Positions 24,532-38,558 of a DNA stretch of 64,000 nucleotides are shown piece after piece. Below the pieces are notes generated by a model. It saw nothing but the letters and a program-made list of their open reading frames with translations. It did not search any database and was not told the origin of the DNA. Within the stretch, counting starts at the first letter, position 1; every line of letters begins with the position of its first letter. The position numbers and the translations under genes are program-made. Source of the stretch: Octopus bimaculoides (Eukaryota); NCBI RefSeq assembly GCF_001194135.2, contig NC_068992.1, positions 8,101,438 through 8,165,437 of the forward strand, read 5' to 3'.

Positions 24532-25058
24532 TATAGAATTGATCAAACAATTGATATGAGATATATAGTTTTATTAACAAGTCTTTTCCTATAATGACTC
24601 ATCGATAACAACTGATTTGGTGTTCCTGAAGAGATAGTCGTCTGAGAGGAAGAAATCTTGCATTAAAAGTAATTACAAATCTCAGCTGCTCATTTCTTTA
24701 TATTTCTTCCAGACTATTGTTTGTTGTATTGATGGAATATTTCTAACACAAGTGAATTGAGGTTATCTCTTTCCCTGTTGCCACTTCTTGAGATTCTATC
24801 TTCATATTTTCTGTCTTTCTACTTCTATTATATTGTCTTCGTTTTCCTCATGTTTGGAAAAACAAAACAAACAAGAAAACAGCTGTTTTACTGACATTGC
24901 AATTCATCTTGAATTCTGAACTGCTTGTTGTCATCAACCTCCCAAAGATCGAACTTACTACCCACTGCATTCCATGTTTGATTAATTTAAGTTTTGAGAT
25001 TGTCTCTTCTGCCTTTCCTAACCAGAACTAGATATTTAATAATAATGATAATAATAAT

Positions 25059-25258
25059 CATCATCATTTAACGTCTGTTTTTCATGCTGGCATGGTTGGA
25101 CAGTTTGACTGAAAACTGGTAAGCTGCACCAGGCTCCGATCTGATTTGGCAAGGTTTCTACAGCTGGATGCCCTTCCTAATGCCAACCACTCTGAGAATG
25201 TAGTGGGTGTTTTTTTACCCACTACATTGACCTGACACCAGCATCAGCCACGACTACT
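25059..25258 (-). mobile_element. RTE 3'-end repeat (family A)
   Basis: Begins catcatcatttaacgtc, the reverse complement of the family A tail. Confidence 0.75.
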
Positions 25259-25664
25259 ATAATAATAATAATAATAATGATGATGATGATCATAATTTCT
25301 GCCACAGGGCCTGAAATTTTAGGGGTAGAGGCTAGTCAATTACATTGACCCAAGTACTTGACTGATACTTATTTTATTGACCCCCAAAAGGATGAAAGTA
25401 AAGTTGACCTCTAGAATTTGAACTCATCATGCAAATATGGATGAAATACTGCTAAGCAATTTATCTGGCATGTTAATAACTTCACCTGCTTGCTGCCTTA
25501 ATGATAATTATAATAATCTTTTCTACTGTAGACACAAGACCTAACATTTTGGATCCAGGGCTGTTGGGAAGTTAGTGGTATACTGGAGGTAGATAAAGAA
25601 ACATGGCATTTACTGCAAACTGCAGTCAACCAACCCTTCAATTTTGGAAAAATCTTCAGTTTTA

Positions 25665-25735
<71 letters not shown>

Positions 25736-26078
25736 GATGATAACTGACTGAAAAAGCCACTTGAGCAGCACCTTAACAACTGGCTGCACCAGTTAAGAGA
25801 ATCATCACCATCATCAACATTTAATGTCAGTTCTCCATGCTTCATGGGTTGGACAGGAACTGGCAAGGCCAGGGGCCACACCAGGTTCCATAGTCTGTTT
25901 TGGCTTGGCTTCTATGGCTGGATGCCCTTCCTAACATCAGCCACTCTACAGAGTGTACTGGGTGCTTTTTTTGCGTGGCACCATCACCAGCACTGTTTAC
26001 ATAGCATCAGCACCCATACAAATGCTTATTACATGGCACTTTGGTTTTAAGATCTCAATCCTATTGTGGTGGCTAATG

Positions 26079-26116
<38 letters not shown>

Positions 26117-26509
26117 GGATGTGACTCTCAGGACATTGTTTTTGGATCAGCAACCAATTTTATTGTGTAGTTCGCCCATACATGAAACCATTGCAATTTT
26201 GTCCTGTCTTAACCGTCTATACTATTGAACAGAAAATGTTTATGTATAAGATGCTCATTAAACTGATAATTATAATCCTATTTTTCTGAGTATTGTTTGT
26301 GTGAATCTGCACACACAGATATTATACTTTTTAAGAAGAAATATGATGTATAATAGATCATGGCCTTTTTCTTCTTATTAAAGATTGTAATTTCAGTTAA
26401 AATTACTTTGGCTTTTTAAATTACATATGCTAACATCTATAAGTTCCCTGGGTATTCACCCATTCAGCTATTCTCTTAAGAATCAACACTGCTTTATTGT
26501 TCCAGATTA

Positions 26510-26702
26510 TAAACGAACTATATTATGAGTGAATTGAATTATTACTAGATAGCCTAAATATTTACTGATGAACTTTGTGCTGAGATATTATCAACCAATG
26601 TGGAGTAAACGAACTATATTATGAGTGAATTGAATTATTACTAGATCGCCTAAATATTTACTGATGAACTTTGTGCTGAGATATTATCAACCAATGTGGA
26701 GT
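26510..26702. repeat. 96-bp tandem duplication, 2 copies, 1 mismatch
   Basis: Units start at 26511 and 26607; differ only at tagatAgcc versus tagatCgcc. Confidence 0.92.
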
Positions 26703-27206
26703 AGGTACCAATAGATTCTGATTGAACAGACCTTGATCACAAAAGAAGCCAACAAAAATTTTGCTAACCAATACAACTAAACATATGACTCTATGAAACT
26801 ATCACTCAAATGTTTTCATAGCAGTAACTTAAAGTATAAAAAGTTGGAATACCACAAAATATTTTGTTTGGCACTCTCACTCTGCCAAACTTTATTCTTT
26901 TTAAGTAAATATTAAGTGACCTTTCATCAAAGTTACAAATCATTGTTACTCTTATAATTAATATTATTAATACTAGAATTGGTTGAGCACTTGATAAGCT
27001 GTTTCACATTTTGTGTCCAAATCTCAATGAGATCAACTTTGCAATCACATACTTACAAGGTCGATAAAATACTGTGTTTGAGCTAATTGATTATACCCTT
27101 CTTTTTAAAGTTTGCAACCTGTGGCAAAATTAGAGATCTTTATTTACCTGAGTCATTTTACTGTGCTTAATATCTGAAGTAAAGTACTTTGATGCTGTTT
27201 GTTGGT

Positions 27207-27401
27207 TCAACCATCTGATCTAAAATGCACATGTTGCACCTGTTCAACTGCTGAAATCGACAAAATTTTTATACCTTTCAACCTTTCAGTCAAGTCCGCC
27301 TTTCTTCCAGTAACATACTGTCCATATAATCTTAAATATTTCTTTAACTCGGGCACAGTAAGTCCTTCGATAGCTGAATCATCGAGCTGCTTTATATCCA
27401 T
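27207..27401 (-). mobile_element. Truncated SAP-domain ORF, probably a DNA transposon remnant
   Basis: LTVPELKKYLRLYGQYVTGRKADLTERL fits the SAP consensus; stops soon after; local CpG retention; intronic and antisense. Confidence 0.6.
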
Positions 27402-28934
27402 GATAAGACGTAAAACAATAACAATAGCGTGGATAGTCTGCGGAAGTTTAATTGTCTACATGGAGCGCCACCTAGCCAAGGGAGATAACCTACTTATAGA
27501 AAGGCCCTACTGTCAAGTCGACAGGTGTTAGCTCTTTAATGTGCTTAGGCAGGGGTAATAACTCTTCTCCAATGCATTTTTTTCTAAGGGAGGTAATTGC
27601 ATGTCTCATATTGGAACAACGATCTTCCATAACTGATATACCAGCTGATTAATATCGGTTTTGATACAAAAGTCTTGAGTTTTAGTGTAACCGGTTCTCC
27701 AGTAATTATTTAATTGACAAATACGTGTAACTTGGTCTCAGATTGACTGAAAATAAATGGCCGATTGTAAACTAATTTTTGCACAAGCATATTGTTGCTT
27801 TCAGTGAAGATACTGTTCAGTATATATAGGTAGATCAATAAGATATCTATATTATCAGTATATACTATGTTTATTGTACTGTTTCTGTACGTTTGATCTG
27901 TATATCATTACAGATAATACTGCTAAGTACAATAGTAACCACACCATTTCACTAGAAATAAACTGGATGATGACACTATATAAGGAGTTCTAAACTGACC
28001 AGTTACAGTTGTACATCTAACTGTACACACAAGAAGTTATTATATTGTTAATGCTATTTTCATATTATTCCACTGTAGATAATACTGTGATGGTTGATTA
28101 GAATATCTTATTACTTTGAAGACTTAATTATTGTTGTCAAGCCAGCTGTTGCTGAGTTTATAGATTTAATTGTGTGGAGTAGGGGCAGGTGGATGATGGA
28201 TTGATTTCCTATCAAAGCAGAGTGAGTGTTAAATGTATTATTGCATTTTTGGGGCATAGATGGATTGGCAGAATTGTTAGTGAGTCAGACAAAATGCTTG
28301 TGATATTTGTTCCAGCTCTTTACATTCTGAGTTCAAATCCTTCCAAGGCCTTTTTTTTTTTATTTTAAAAAATTTTTCTGAGAGTTAGTAAAATATAACT
28401 GTAGTCAGGTACTGGTGTAAATTTGTCTAACTCATCCTCCCAGATTTCTGGCATCATGCCTATCAAATAAAAAAAAGCTTTATGGTTTGGCAGAGCCATC
28501 AATGTTTCAAAAAAAAAAAAAATTCCTTTTATTTAGTTATGGATTTTTATTTTCTGAGTCAAAAAACCTGACTGAGTTTAACTTAATTCTTCATCCTCGT
28601 AGGGTTTGTAAAACAAAGTACCAATTTATCAACTTAACTTTCTCCTCATCCAAATTTCTGACCTTGTGCTAATGTAAGAAATCATTGCTATTATTGCTCT
28701 GTGATCAGTGAGGAAAATGGTATGGAAGAAATGGTACTGCATGTCACAAGTAACAATAATTAGATTCATTCATCTATGATCCCTGTGTAAATCTTGTTAT
28801 GCTTGTTAAAATATGTCCTAATAAGTATTATACTAGGAGCTGTTTGAATTGATTACATACCACTCCTATGTACTTCTGGATTTTTTCCCACTGTAGTATA
28901 TCATTGTTATTATTGCTTCCTTGTCATAGATTAT

Positions 28935-29143
28935 TTAACCCTTTAGCCTTGTAATGCTTATTTATTCATTGTTTTGAATTGTCCATGCATTATCTTGTAG
29001 CTATGAGATTTTGATGATGTAACTGTTAATTTTTTAGAATGATATTGCAGGGTTGGCATGGGAAACCACATCTGACCTATTTGAACATAAAACAGGTTGA
29101 ATATTTTGGCCAAATGTGGACGGTTTCAATGCCAAATGATTAA
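28935..29143 (+). mobile_element. piggyBac-like MITE (TTAA-flanked)
   Basis: TTAA-CCCTTTAGC start, ...GCCAAATGA-TTAA end; homologous to 15254. Confidence 0.7.
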
Positions 29144-30997
29144 GTAGTTGTTGTTCTTTAACCAAGTTCTGGCTTGAAGTAGATTTCTAATTGCATCCCA
29201 GCTATGGCTATATCATCATATTTTCAGCCTAGTGTATCAGTATCTATTGTGGCCTTCCACTTTTAGGATGACAGGATGTAAATTGAGGAACATTTGGTTG
29301 CTACGTCTAACAAGTTCCTATATATGTTGTTTAGAGTTGTAATCTTGTATATTTCTCTACAATTCAGTAGTTGAACATAGTTGAGGAATCATTGGTTCTA
29401 ATTTTAATTAACTTAGTATTTACTTAGAGACTACTTCCAATTTACTGCTGTAATTCATACTAATTAAATAGTTATAGCCTCATTGCAGTTATATATTATG
29501 CATTTTTTATGTTTATGTTTCATGTTGTTAAAAAATATTTTTGATATATTGCTAAAAAATATATTCCACTTGGTTATCTGTAAATTAGAAATAAGTTTTG
29601 GAAACAAAAAGTTATTCTAGAAATAATTGTTGTTGTAACATTAAATTAAAGAAAAAATATGGAACTTGTTTGTTTTTTCCTTTAAATTGAATTTATCATT
29701 TTTCTTTTTTCAAATCAGTATTGACATTTTGAATTTAAGATTTTATTGATATACAACAGAGATTTTTGAAAGATTTAAATTTTGAATTCAGATTTAAAGA
29801 TGAAGTCCTTCATGTTAAAGTAATTTTAGTTGTAATAAAAAAAAAAAATGACAAAATAATTTCAAAATTCCAATTATATTTACAAAATGTTTAGCGATTC
29901 ATATATAATCTCCACAATAAATGTTTTTGCCAAAGTTTTTCTGATACTNNNNNNNNNNATATATATATATATATAGTAGCTGTTTTTTGTACAGTTAGTC
30001 AGATGGCATAGAACATTTTGGTATAAAAGGAGTAAACAAAAAATATATGCACTGATGGATGTTATTTTTTTGTATACTTCTGCAGTATACCAAAACTGTC
30101 CACTTGGCCCTCCATCTTTTTGTGTTTACTGTACAAGAAGCTGCTACCTCTATCCCATAGCAAATTTCATGCTAATTTTACTGTTTTTGAGAAGCCAATA
30201 TCAGTGAGACTTCAATGCCAATAACTACTGTTGATAAAATAAATTTTGATTCTAGAGTCAATATTGAATCTTTCGCTCAGTGTGTTTTGTGTATCTTAAT
30301 GCACAAAGTTTTAAAGGAAGCAGTTTATACATACATGCATGCATACATACATACATGCATGCATGCATACATACATACATACATACATGCATGCATGCAT
30401 ACATGCATATATACATAATTTTACTAATACATTTCTTTGTTTTCCCATCTGTATATTATCTGTTGTTTGTACTTTGTTGTTATATATGTTAATCAAAATA
30501 TATATTTAGTTCAATTATCTTTGAGTTGATTGAGATATCAGTTAGTAGCTTTCTCCTTCCTCTTCACTTTTTCCCACCCCTACCCTATTGTTTCTTTTAT
30601 CTCCCCACCACCACCTCTGTCATATTGTTGTCTCCTGAAGATTTGAACAAAAAAAATGCATAAGTTTCAACATGAGTGTCTCAGCCACAGAGAAAAACTT
30701 GCTACAAGCTGGCATAAAAGTATACCTTATGGTTCAATAGGGATTTAAGTTTGTGAAAATAAAAGTATTGCCATAACTATTGTAAGTTTTGTCAGTCTGC
30801 ACACTTTCTGTTTAGCTAGCTGATACCCTGTCCTCATCCCATGTTATGTCAGTTTGAATGTTAGAGAATTAGTAAACCCTTGTTAACAGGATTTTGCAAA
30901 TCCATGTGTGAACCCACATGCTCCAATACAAAAGTTATATCCACAATTTTGTTTTGTATATATAGTATATTATGAGTTTGCGTGTGTATATGTTTGT

Positions 30998-31054
<57 letters not shown>

Positions 31055-31483
31055 TACACACATATATGCTCTAATATAAAAGTAATAACCACATATTTGT
31101 ATATTTGTTTTGTCTGTCGTATATTCTGATTTCTTAAACTCTTTTTTTATGTTTCCCATAACAATCTTTATCACTGCTCTGAAGTGAACTTATTTATTGA
31201 GCACATTCATAAAACTATCTCATGTTTAGCTGACTTAGGATCCTTGTATTAGACCTATTTATGTCTATTTATTAATCAATATCTGTTTATGTAAACACTT
31301 GAGTACAAACAAAAGGATCAGATCATCTGCAAACAGGAAATTAGAAACCTCAGGGGTAAAGAGCTGTGAAGTTTCATCTGCCAGTAAAATATATCAATAT
31401 ATCTGTCTGTCTGTCTGTCTAAGAGAGAGATAAGGGGGACGAGGAGGAAATATTCTTAGATACTTTTTGAAGGGCATTTGGCT

Positions 31484-31618
31484 TTAGGAAGGGCATCCAA
31501 CTGTAGAAACTCTGCCAGATCAGATTGGAGCCTAGTGCAGCCTTCTGGCTTGCCAGTCCTCAATCAAATCGTCCAACCCATGCTAGCATGGAAAGCGGAT
31601 GTTAAACGATGATGATGA
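31484..31618 (+). mobile_element. RTE 3'-end repeat (family A), 5'-truncated
   Basis: Shared terminus and (GAT)n tail. Confidence 0.78.
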
Positions 31619-32778
31619 CTGCAATAATTCATCCTGAGATGGGAATTTAATCTTACCTCTTCTGATGACTAAGTAAGCTTACTAACTTTTACACTAGTAG
31701 AAGGACTTTCACTACTGAAAATGATGTACAAACGTTTGTCTGTTCATTACGTTATTACTATGTTAGAAATGGAGTTGCACATAAATTTCTATGATGGATG
31801 TAACTGAAAGGACTCGGGACATAGACTTCCCTCTTCAACCAAGCCTCCATCGACTTATTCATTTTCCCACATGGAGAGCTGTGTGAGGGTGGAAGAAGTG
31901 CTCCTGTACGCCACTAAATTTGTTGAAAGGCAGGGGGGAAAATATTAAGGCACAAGGAATACAGCTGGGAGAAAAAAAAACATTTTTGGTAATCTAAGTA
32001 ATTCTGGATCTGTGGGGTTTCTTGATTGGCCTTTGGTGACAGACCTCCTCCTGGAACTATATTTTTTGTATTCTGTGTGTAAATCTATGCTTTTTGAAGC
32101 CTGTCCTTGTATTATCCTTCCTCTGTCACCTTTGTAGTAATAAGAAGGAATTATTTTTTGGTAGAATTTTAGTGTTGGTCAAAGTACATTGTAGCAGTTG
32201 TTCTAATTCTTTAGATTTTGGTTTGAAATCCTGCTGAGGTCAACTTTGTACTTTATTCTTCCAGAGTCAGTAAAATAAAGTACCTGTCAATTACTAGAAT
32301 TGATTTAATTGATGAATCTCACAAATGCTGTTTCAACTTATCTTTCATTGATATGATATAAATTCCAGCCTATTACTAGAGCAAGGTTCCTATCTAATTC
32401 ACTGTACCACTATCAATATTATTAATATTGTTTATAAGGTAGCGAGCTGGCAGAAGAGTAAAATGCTTGGCATTTCTTCTGGCTCTTTATGTTCTGAGCT
32501 CAATTCCTGCAATGGCTGAGTTTGCCTTTCCTTTTTTCAAGGTTGATAGAAGTAAAATATCAGTGAGCTTGTTATAATTAATTAGCTCACCCGCTAAATT
32601 TACTGACTTTGTGCTAAAGTTTAAAACAAAAATTTTTTTCATTGCTTATATACTTGTTCACTCATTTCTATTATGAAATGTAACAGTAACTTCTCAAATA
32701 AGATAATTCTACCTGTTTCATTATGTTGATCTCCTTCTACTCAGACATTCCATTTTATCTACTCATATCTGCATTGAT

Positions 32779-32819
<41 letters not shown>

Positions 32820-35021
32820 TTTGCATGGACATCATACAGTATGTATTTAGTTTTATGTAACTGTTGCCAAATTCATATAGGTATATATTCTTGCTATTCT
32901 GAGGTAGAAATAACTCCTGAAGAGACTGGGTAATTACAGAAATTTTTGCACTTCACCATTACTGCACTGTTTGAACTTACTGTCACGGGCATCATAAAGG
33001 CACCTTCTCATGAGACATTTTCTCAGGCTCAGTTTCCTTGCCAGTCCTGGTTGTTTCACTTCATTTGTATTAAGTCCTGCCCCTGAGACATGATCAAACA
33101 ATATACAGTATTATTTCTCTTTTGTAAATGTATAAATAGATCTACTTTAGATTTTGTTTCAACTAACTTCAAATTCGGAAAACATTGTAAGCTTTTCTCT
33201 CTAATTATTTCCCTTAGTTACAGACCCCTGACTTTATGAAGCAAGTTCTTGATTCAATATTCCATTGAATATAATATAATAAATAACACAAATATCTATT
33301 TTAGTTTCCTAGTGATCAAACTCTCTGCTTTTCTATTTGTGTGTGTGATCTGTTTGACAGAAACTTTTTAGATTTTTTCTCAACATAGTTGAAGCCATGC
33401 TTCAGTTTAGAAAATGTTAGTCATCTTACAGAAATGCTACGTCTCTACATTTTGTTTCTATTGCATTTAAATCTGCTAAATGCCCCAACCCTTCCAGTTA
33501 ATTCTAAATATTTGTCCATCTTTCCATAGAGATCTGCTAAATATTGCCTGACCCATTTCAACTAAAAGCTACTAACTGTTCCTCGTTCAACTCAGTCATG
33601 TTAAGTTTATTTCCTGTATGTATTGTCACAATTATATGATTGTATACTTGAGAAACAGTGACTGTTTAATTGCTAATTAAACAAAACTCCTTCCCCCATA
33701 CCTAATTAGGTACTGATTTATCAGGGGAGAGGACTTGAAAAATTGTTTTTTTTAAAGTAGGGTTGGTGGTTCTGTTTGTTTTCATATTTCAATGCTATAA
33801 TAGCCTCTCACAACCCTGTCACTGTTTCTTTTCATAAAGACAAGGGAATGTTTCTCTCAGGTGAGTTTCCAGAATTGATTTTACACAAGGATGTTTTTTT
33901 TTTTTTTATTCACAAGAGACAAATGCAGACAAAGGGATTTCTTTTCCATTGACAATTTCTCTTCCATTGACAATTTCTCTTCTAGTTTTCAAACAACTTT
34001 TTTCAATATCAATGTTATGAACAATTCTTTGGAGTTCAAAACAAAAATATTACACAAGATCTTCATTAGATTGACTCTATTTGTCTACAATTCTCTACAA
34101 AGTATCTTATTTACTCTCTTCACCACAACTTTTTTATAACTATTTTGTTTATTCTAAACAAGAAATAATTTCAAAAAACCTTAAAGTTGGCATAAAATCG
34201 TAAGTATTTATTAAACAAGGCCCAATTCAAACAATATAATTTTGTGATTATATTTTGTGAAAAAACATAACTTTTTTTTCCCAAGTTAAGATTTAATTCA
34301 AATTTTGTTTATTCTTTCGAACAACACTGCTTTAATCTCTCATACGTGGTGTACATGTCAGTTGAATGCATTAATGTTTTGGTTCTTCGGTGAACACCAC
34401 AACTAATGAATATTATAATAGTCTATGATATATGATCATTTTATTTCAATGCATCTATGGCAGTCAGCATATAGGTCTTCAACTGATAGTGTCATCTCAA
34501 TTGTATTTAACTGATTACACCATTTCAGCTGATTCAAGTATGTGTTACTGAGTATTATAGTGCTTACAAAACCAGATTCTAAAGTACCAGTAGCAATGAT
34601 GTTGGGATCTTGAACAGTTCATTTACTAATAATCTATTTTCCTTCTGAAACTATCAAAAACCTATGCCGTCTGTATTACTGTGTTAAGCTTATTTTCATA
34701 GTTGACTCAAATGTGTTCAAGAAGTTTTATTAGTATATGCAGTACTTTATAGATAAAGCAAGAGTTACTGCTCTTACATTAGTAATATGATTATAACTTC
34801 ACAGCGTGTGTATGTATTCTTTTATTGGTTTCGAAGGTTGGAGAGTGACTTCAGTGTTTGCTTTTTCGATCGGTTCCTGTTTTATCGACCACAAATTCGT
34901 CATTTGAATTTTTTTTTTCCACCATCTTATATGAACACTCACACTAAGTTAGCTATTCCGGTTACTTTGTTTAGGAGTAATGTGTATGGATTCTTCTTTT
35001 TAAACAAACAATTAAAATGCA

Positions 35022-35059
<38 letters not shown>

Positions 35060-35447
35060 TCATTATTTTACCACGAAAGGCAATTATAACAATAACTCAA
35101 ATCAATCATTATTCATAACTCTTATTGTCAACTACGTAAATCTCTTTGACTGCACTCTTAAAAGAAAAAAGAAAAAAAAAAACTTGCCTGTGGCTTCAGT
35201 CAGTCAACTGATTTGTCTGCGATTGTCTGTGTGGGAGTGTGATCAGCATTTTGAATTCTCTTACTTTATTCTGTTAGTTGATATTGTTTTTTTTTTTATC
35301 TCTTCATTTTCATTTTATCTTAATTTGTTCTGACTTTAATGAATTTTTAGTTTAGGGAAGAGTATGCAACACATTATTTGTATAGTGTCCATTTATCTCT
35401 TGCACCTTATATTCACACACTGTTCATTGCTAATGTTTTATCTGTGC

Positions 35448-35491
<44 letters not shown>

Positions 35492-36347
35492 ATTCATGCG
35501 CATATACTCACATACTTTTCATTTATGAAATTCTGATAGAGGTATTGTTAGAATTTGATTGTCACCTCTGCTAGTCTCTGGGTGCCACCTTGTTCACTTG
35601 CATTTTGCGCCCTTATTATATTGTTTATTTTTGTAAGAGAGACACAAGTGTGTGAGTTCGTGATGCTTGTTAAATCTTGCTGCATAAGCCCTAATAATTC
35701 TTCATAGCTTGTAGCCTCTATCTATCTGACAATACATTCTGTTTTCACTACACACTTGTGTTGTTAGCTCTAGTTGTGGCACCTAGCTATTTCGAAACAA
35801 AACTTAAGTTATTGTGCCTACATTTTGTTGATATCCAAATCGACAGTTAAAAAAAAACTTCACCAAAGCTAGTGAGAAAAGATACAAACTCGCATCATGA
35901 CAATGATTTTTCACATAGAATCAATAATACAGATTTTGTAGAAAGAAGCAGTTGTTGAATCGTATTGGCCACAGTATACAGCTGGTACTTTGTTTTATCC
36001 GTCCTTGAAGGATGAAAGGTAAATTTGACTTTGATAGGATTCAAATTCAGAAAGTAAGGGAATTCAACTAAATACTGCAACATGTTTCTGTCTTCCACTG
36101 TACCAATGTTCTGTCAATATTGATGATAATAATAATAATAGTAATTAGTAATAATGATAAAAAATTATGTTGATTTCTAATGAGATACACGGTCACAGTC
36201 AGTAACACCAATCCCAGTACTTGAGAGCTACTTCATTACAACTATTGGAAGGTAGATGTCAAAATTGACTCTAGTAGGCTGTAACTAAATGCTGCAAGGC
36301 TTTTCGTCTGGTGTGGTTATTGATTTATGATATTTTTATAGACATAC

Positions 36348-36717
36348 AGGCATAGGAGTGGCTGTGTGGTAAGAAGCTTGCTTCCCAACCACATGGTTCC
36401 AGGTTCAGTCCCACTACCTGGCACCTTGAGCAAGCGTCTTCTATAGCCTTGGAGTGGATTTGGTAGATGGAAACTGAAAAGAAGCCCGTCATACACACAC
36501 ACACACACACACACGTATATATATGTTTGTGTTTGTCCCATCGCCTGACAACCAATGTTGGTGTGTTTACGTACCCGTAACTTAGCAGTTCGACAAAAGA
36601 GACTGATAGAATAAGTACTAGGCTTACAAAGAATAAGTCCAGGGGTCAATTTGTTTGACTAAAGGTGGTGCTCCAGCATGGCCCCAGTCAAATGACTGAA
36701 ACCAAAAAAAAAAAAAA
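36348..36717 (+). mobile_element. Near full-length tRNA-derived SINE (family B)
   Basis: A-box-like TGGCTGTGTGG, B-box-like GGTTCAGTCCC, CCTTGAGCAAG domain, internal (CA)n, oligo(A) end. Partial copies near 1100, 4497, 5395, 20575, 50755, 58845, 61955 and 63205. Confidence 0.8.
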
Positions 36718-37759
36718 TACACATTCCTAGCTACTGTTACTTCTGATAATAATTGTAAATCAGTGACAGTTCCTATTAACCCTTTTGTGAATCCTTGATA
36801 TTCTACACTGATGGTGTTTAACAGTACCTTCTCTAGCATCAAACAGGAGACTCAACCTGTATCAGGGTAGTTTACTGGTATGCTGCTGATATAATCTTTC
36901 CTAGATTGTTTGTCAGTTATCTTGTGTCTAGGAAAATGCCATTGGAGAGAATGTGTCACTGAACTCTAAAGCAGTAGACTCTCACATACCTCATCTACTG
37001 TGGATGTCTACCTTACTTAACTCTTTCTTGGAATCAATCTAAAGTGTTCCTCTTGGGTGTGGATCACTATCTTCTCCGATAAAACTAGGTTAAACAAGAC
37101 ATATCTGAAAACAGACCAGGTATATGCTGCAAATGTAAATGATATAAAGATGAGGTTCATAATCACATTTCTTACTAATATATTGACCTTTATTTATTTA
37201 TATTTTATTGATTATAATTTGAATGTCCATTTTCCCAAATTACTTGTAATATTCATTCTAGCTCTTTACGTTCTTATTTCAAATTCTGCCAATGTCAGCT
37301 GCAACATTCATCCATTCAGGGTAAATAAAATGATGTGCAAATCAAGTACCTTGCTCAATATAAATGTCTGTTGTTCCTTCCTCTCAAATTTGAGATATTG
37401 TACTCTTTGCTTGTGTTAGAAATTAATATAAACTAAAGATTTAGGACTAAAAAAAAAAACCAACTTTTTAAAAAATTTTGTGGTTCTCTCTTTGAGCTTC
37501 ATATATATTGAATACAGGTGAGATATCTTGTAATGTTGAATATTAACAGAACCATTCTGCTATGCTAGATCTAAGTGGCTACTGAGTTATCTGTGAAATA
37601 TTTGGTTTGCTTGAGGAGAATAAACTCTACAAATAAACTTTTGAAAGAATCAATTTGATAAAGGAGTTGTTAGTTCTTTGTACTGTAATCAGTAGAACTT
37701 CTGACTGGGAAGTGATAGAGATAGAATGTTCTTTTCATCAACAAGTTTGCTGTTGTGCA

Positions 37760-38558
37760 CCCATGACAAGAGTGTAAGTGCCCTGAGAGAAATGTTGGAC
37801 ATAAGAAGCATTGGATTTGACGTGCAAGAGAGAGACGACTGCACTGGTATGGTCACGTACTACGGATGGATGAGGAGAGCTGTGTGAAGAAGTGTCATTC
37901 CCTAACAGTGGAAGGAACCCATGGTAGAAGGACACCCAAGAAGACAAAGGTTGAGGTGGTGAAGCATGACCTTCAAAGGTTGGGCCTCACAGAGGCATTG
38001 ACGAAAGACTGAGACCTCTGGAGATGTGCTGTGATTGAGAAGACCTGGCAAGTAAAGTGAGATCACAACCATAGCCTCCACCAGTGTTGCATGACCAGCC
38101 CACTTAAAAAAGTACCTTTGGATTGTCTGGCGACATGCCATGCTTGAGGAAACCTATTGAGTCAAGTACATCAAAATCAAATCAAACTGCATTCAAATGG
38201 AAATTGTAGTTGTGACTGATGCCAGTGCCGCCTGACTGGCTCCCATGCTGGTGGCACACAATAAGCACCATTCATGTGTGGGTCGTTGCCAGTGCCGCTT
38301 GACTGGCTCCCTGTGCTGGTGGCATGTAAAAAGCACCATCCAAACATGGTCGATACCAGCCCCGACTAGCTCCTGTGCCAGTGGCATGTAAAAAGCACCC
38401 ACTACACTCTCAGAGTGGTTGGCGTTAGGAAGGGCGTCCAGCTGTAGAAACATTGCCAGATCAGATTGGAGGCTGTTGCAGCTTCCTGGCTTGCCAGACC
38501 CTAGTCAAACCGTCCAACTCATGCCAGCATGGAAAACGGATGTTAAACGATGATGATG
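37760..38558 (+). mobile_element. 5'-truncated RTE-clade LINE: ORF2 C-terminus plus 3' UTR
   Basis: 37833-38060 reads RRLHWYGHVLRMDEESCVKKCHSLTVEGTHGRRTPKKTKVEVVKHDLQRLGL...D*DLWRCAV, the RTE C-terminal RLRWFGHV...GRPKKTW...DL...DR..WR pattern; followed by the family A terminus. Confidence 0.88.
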
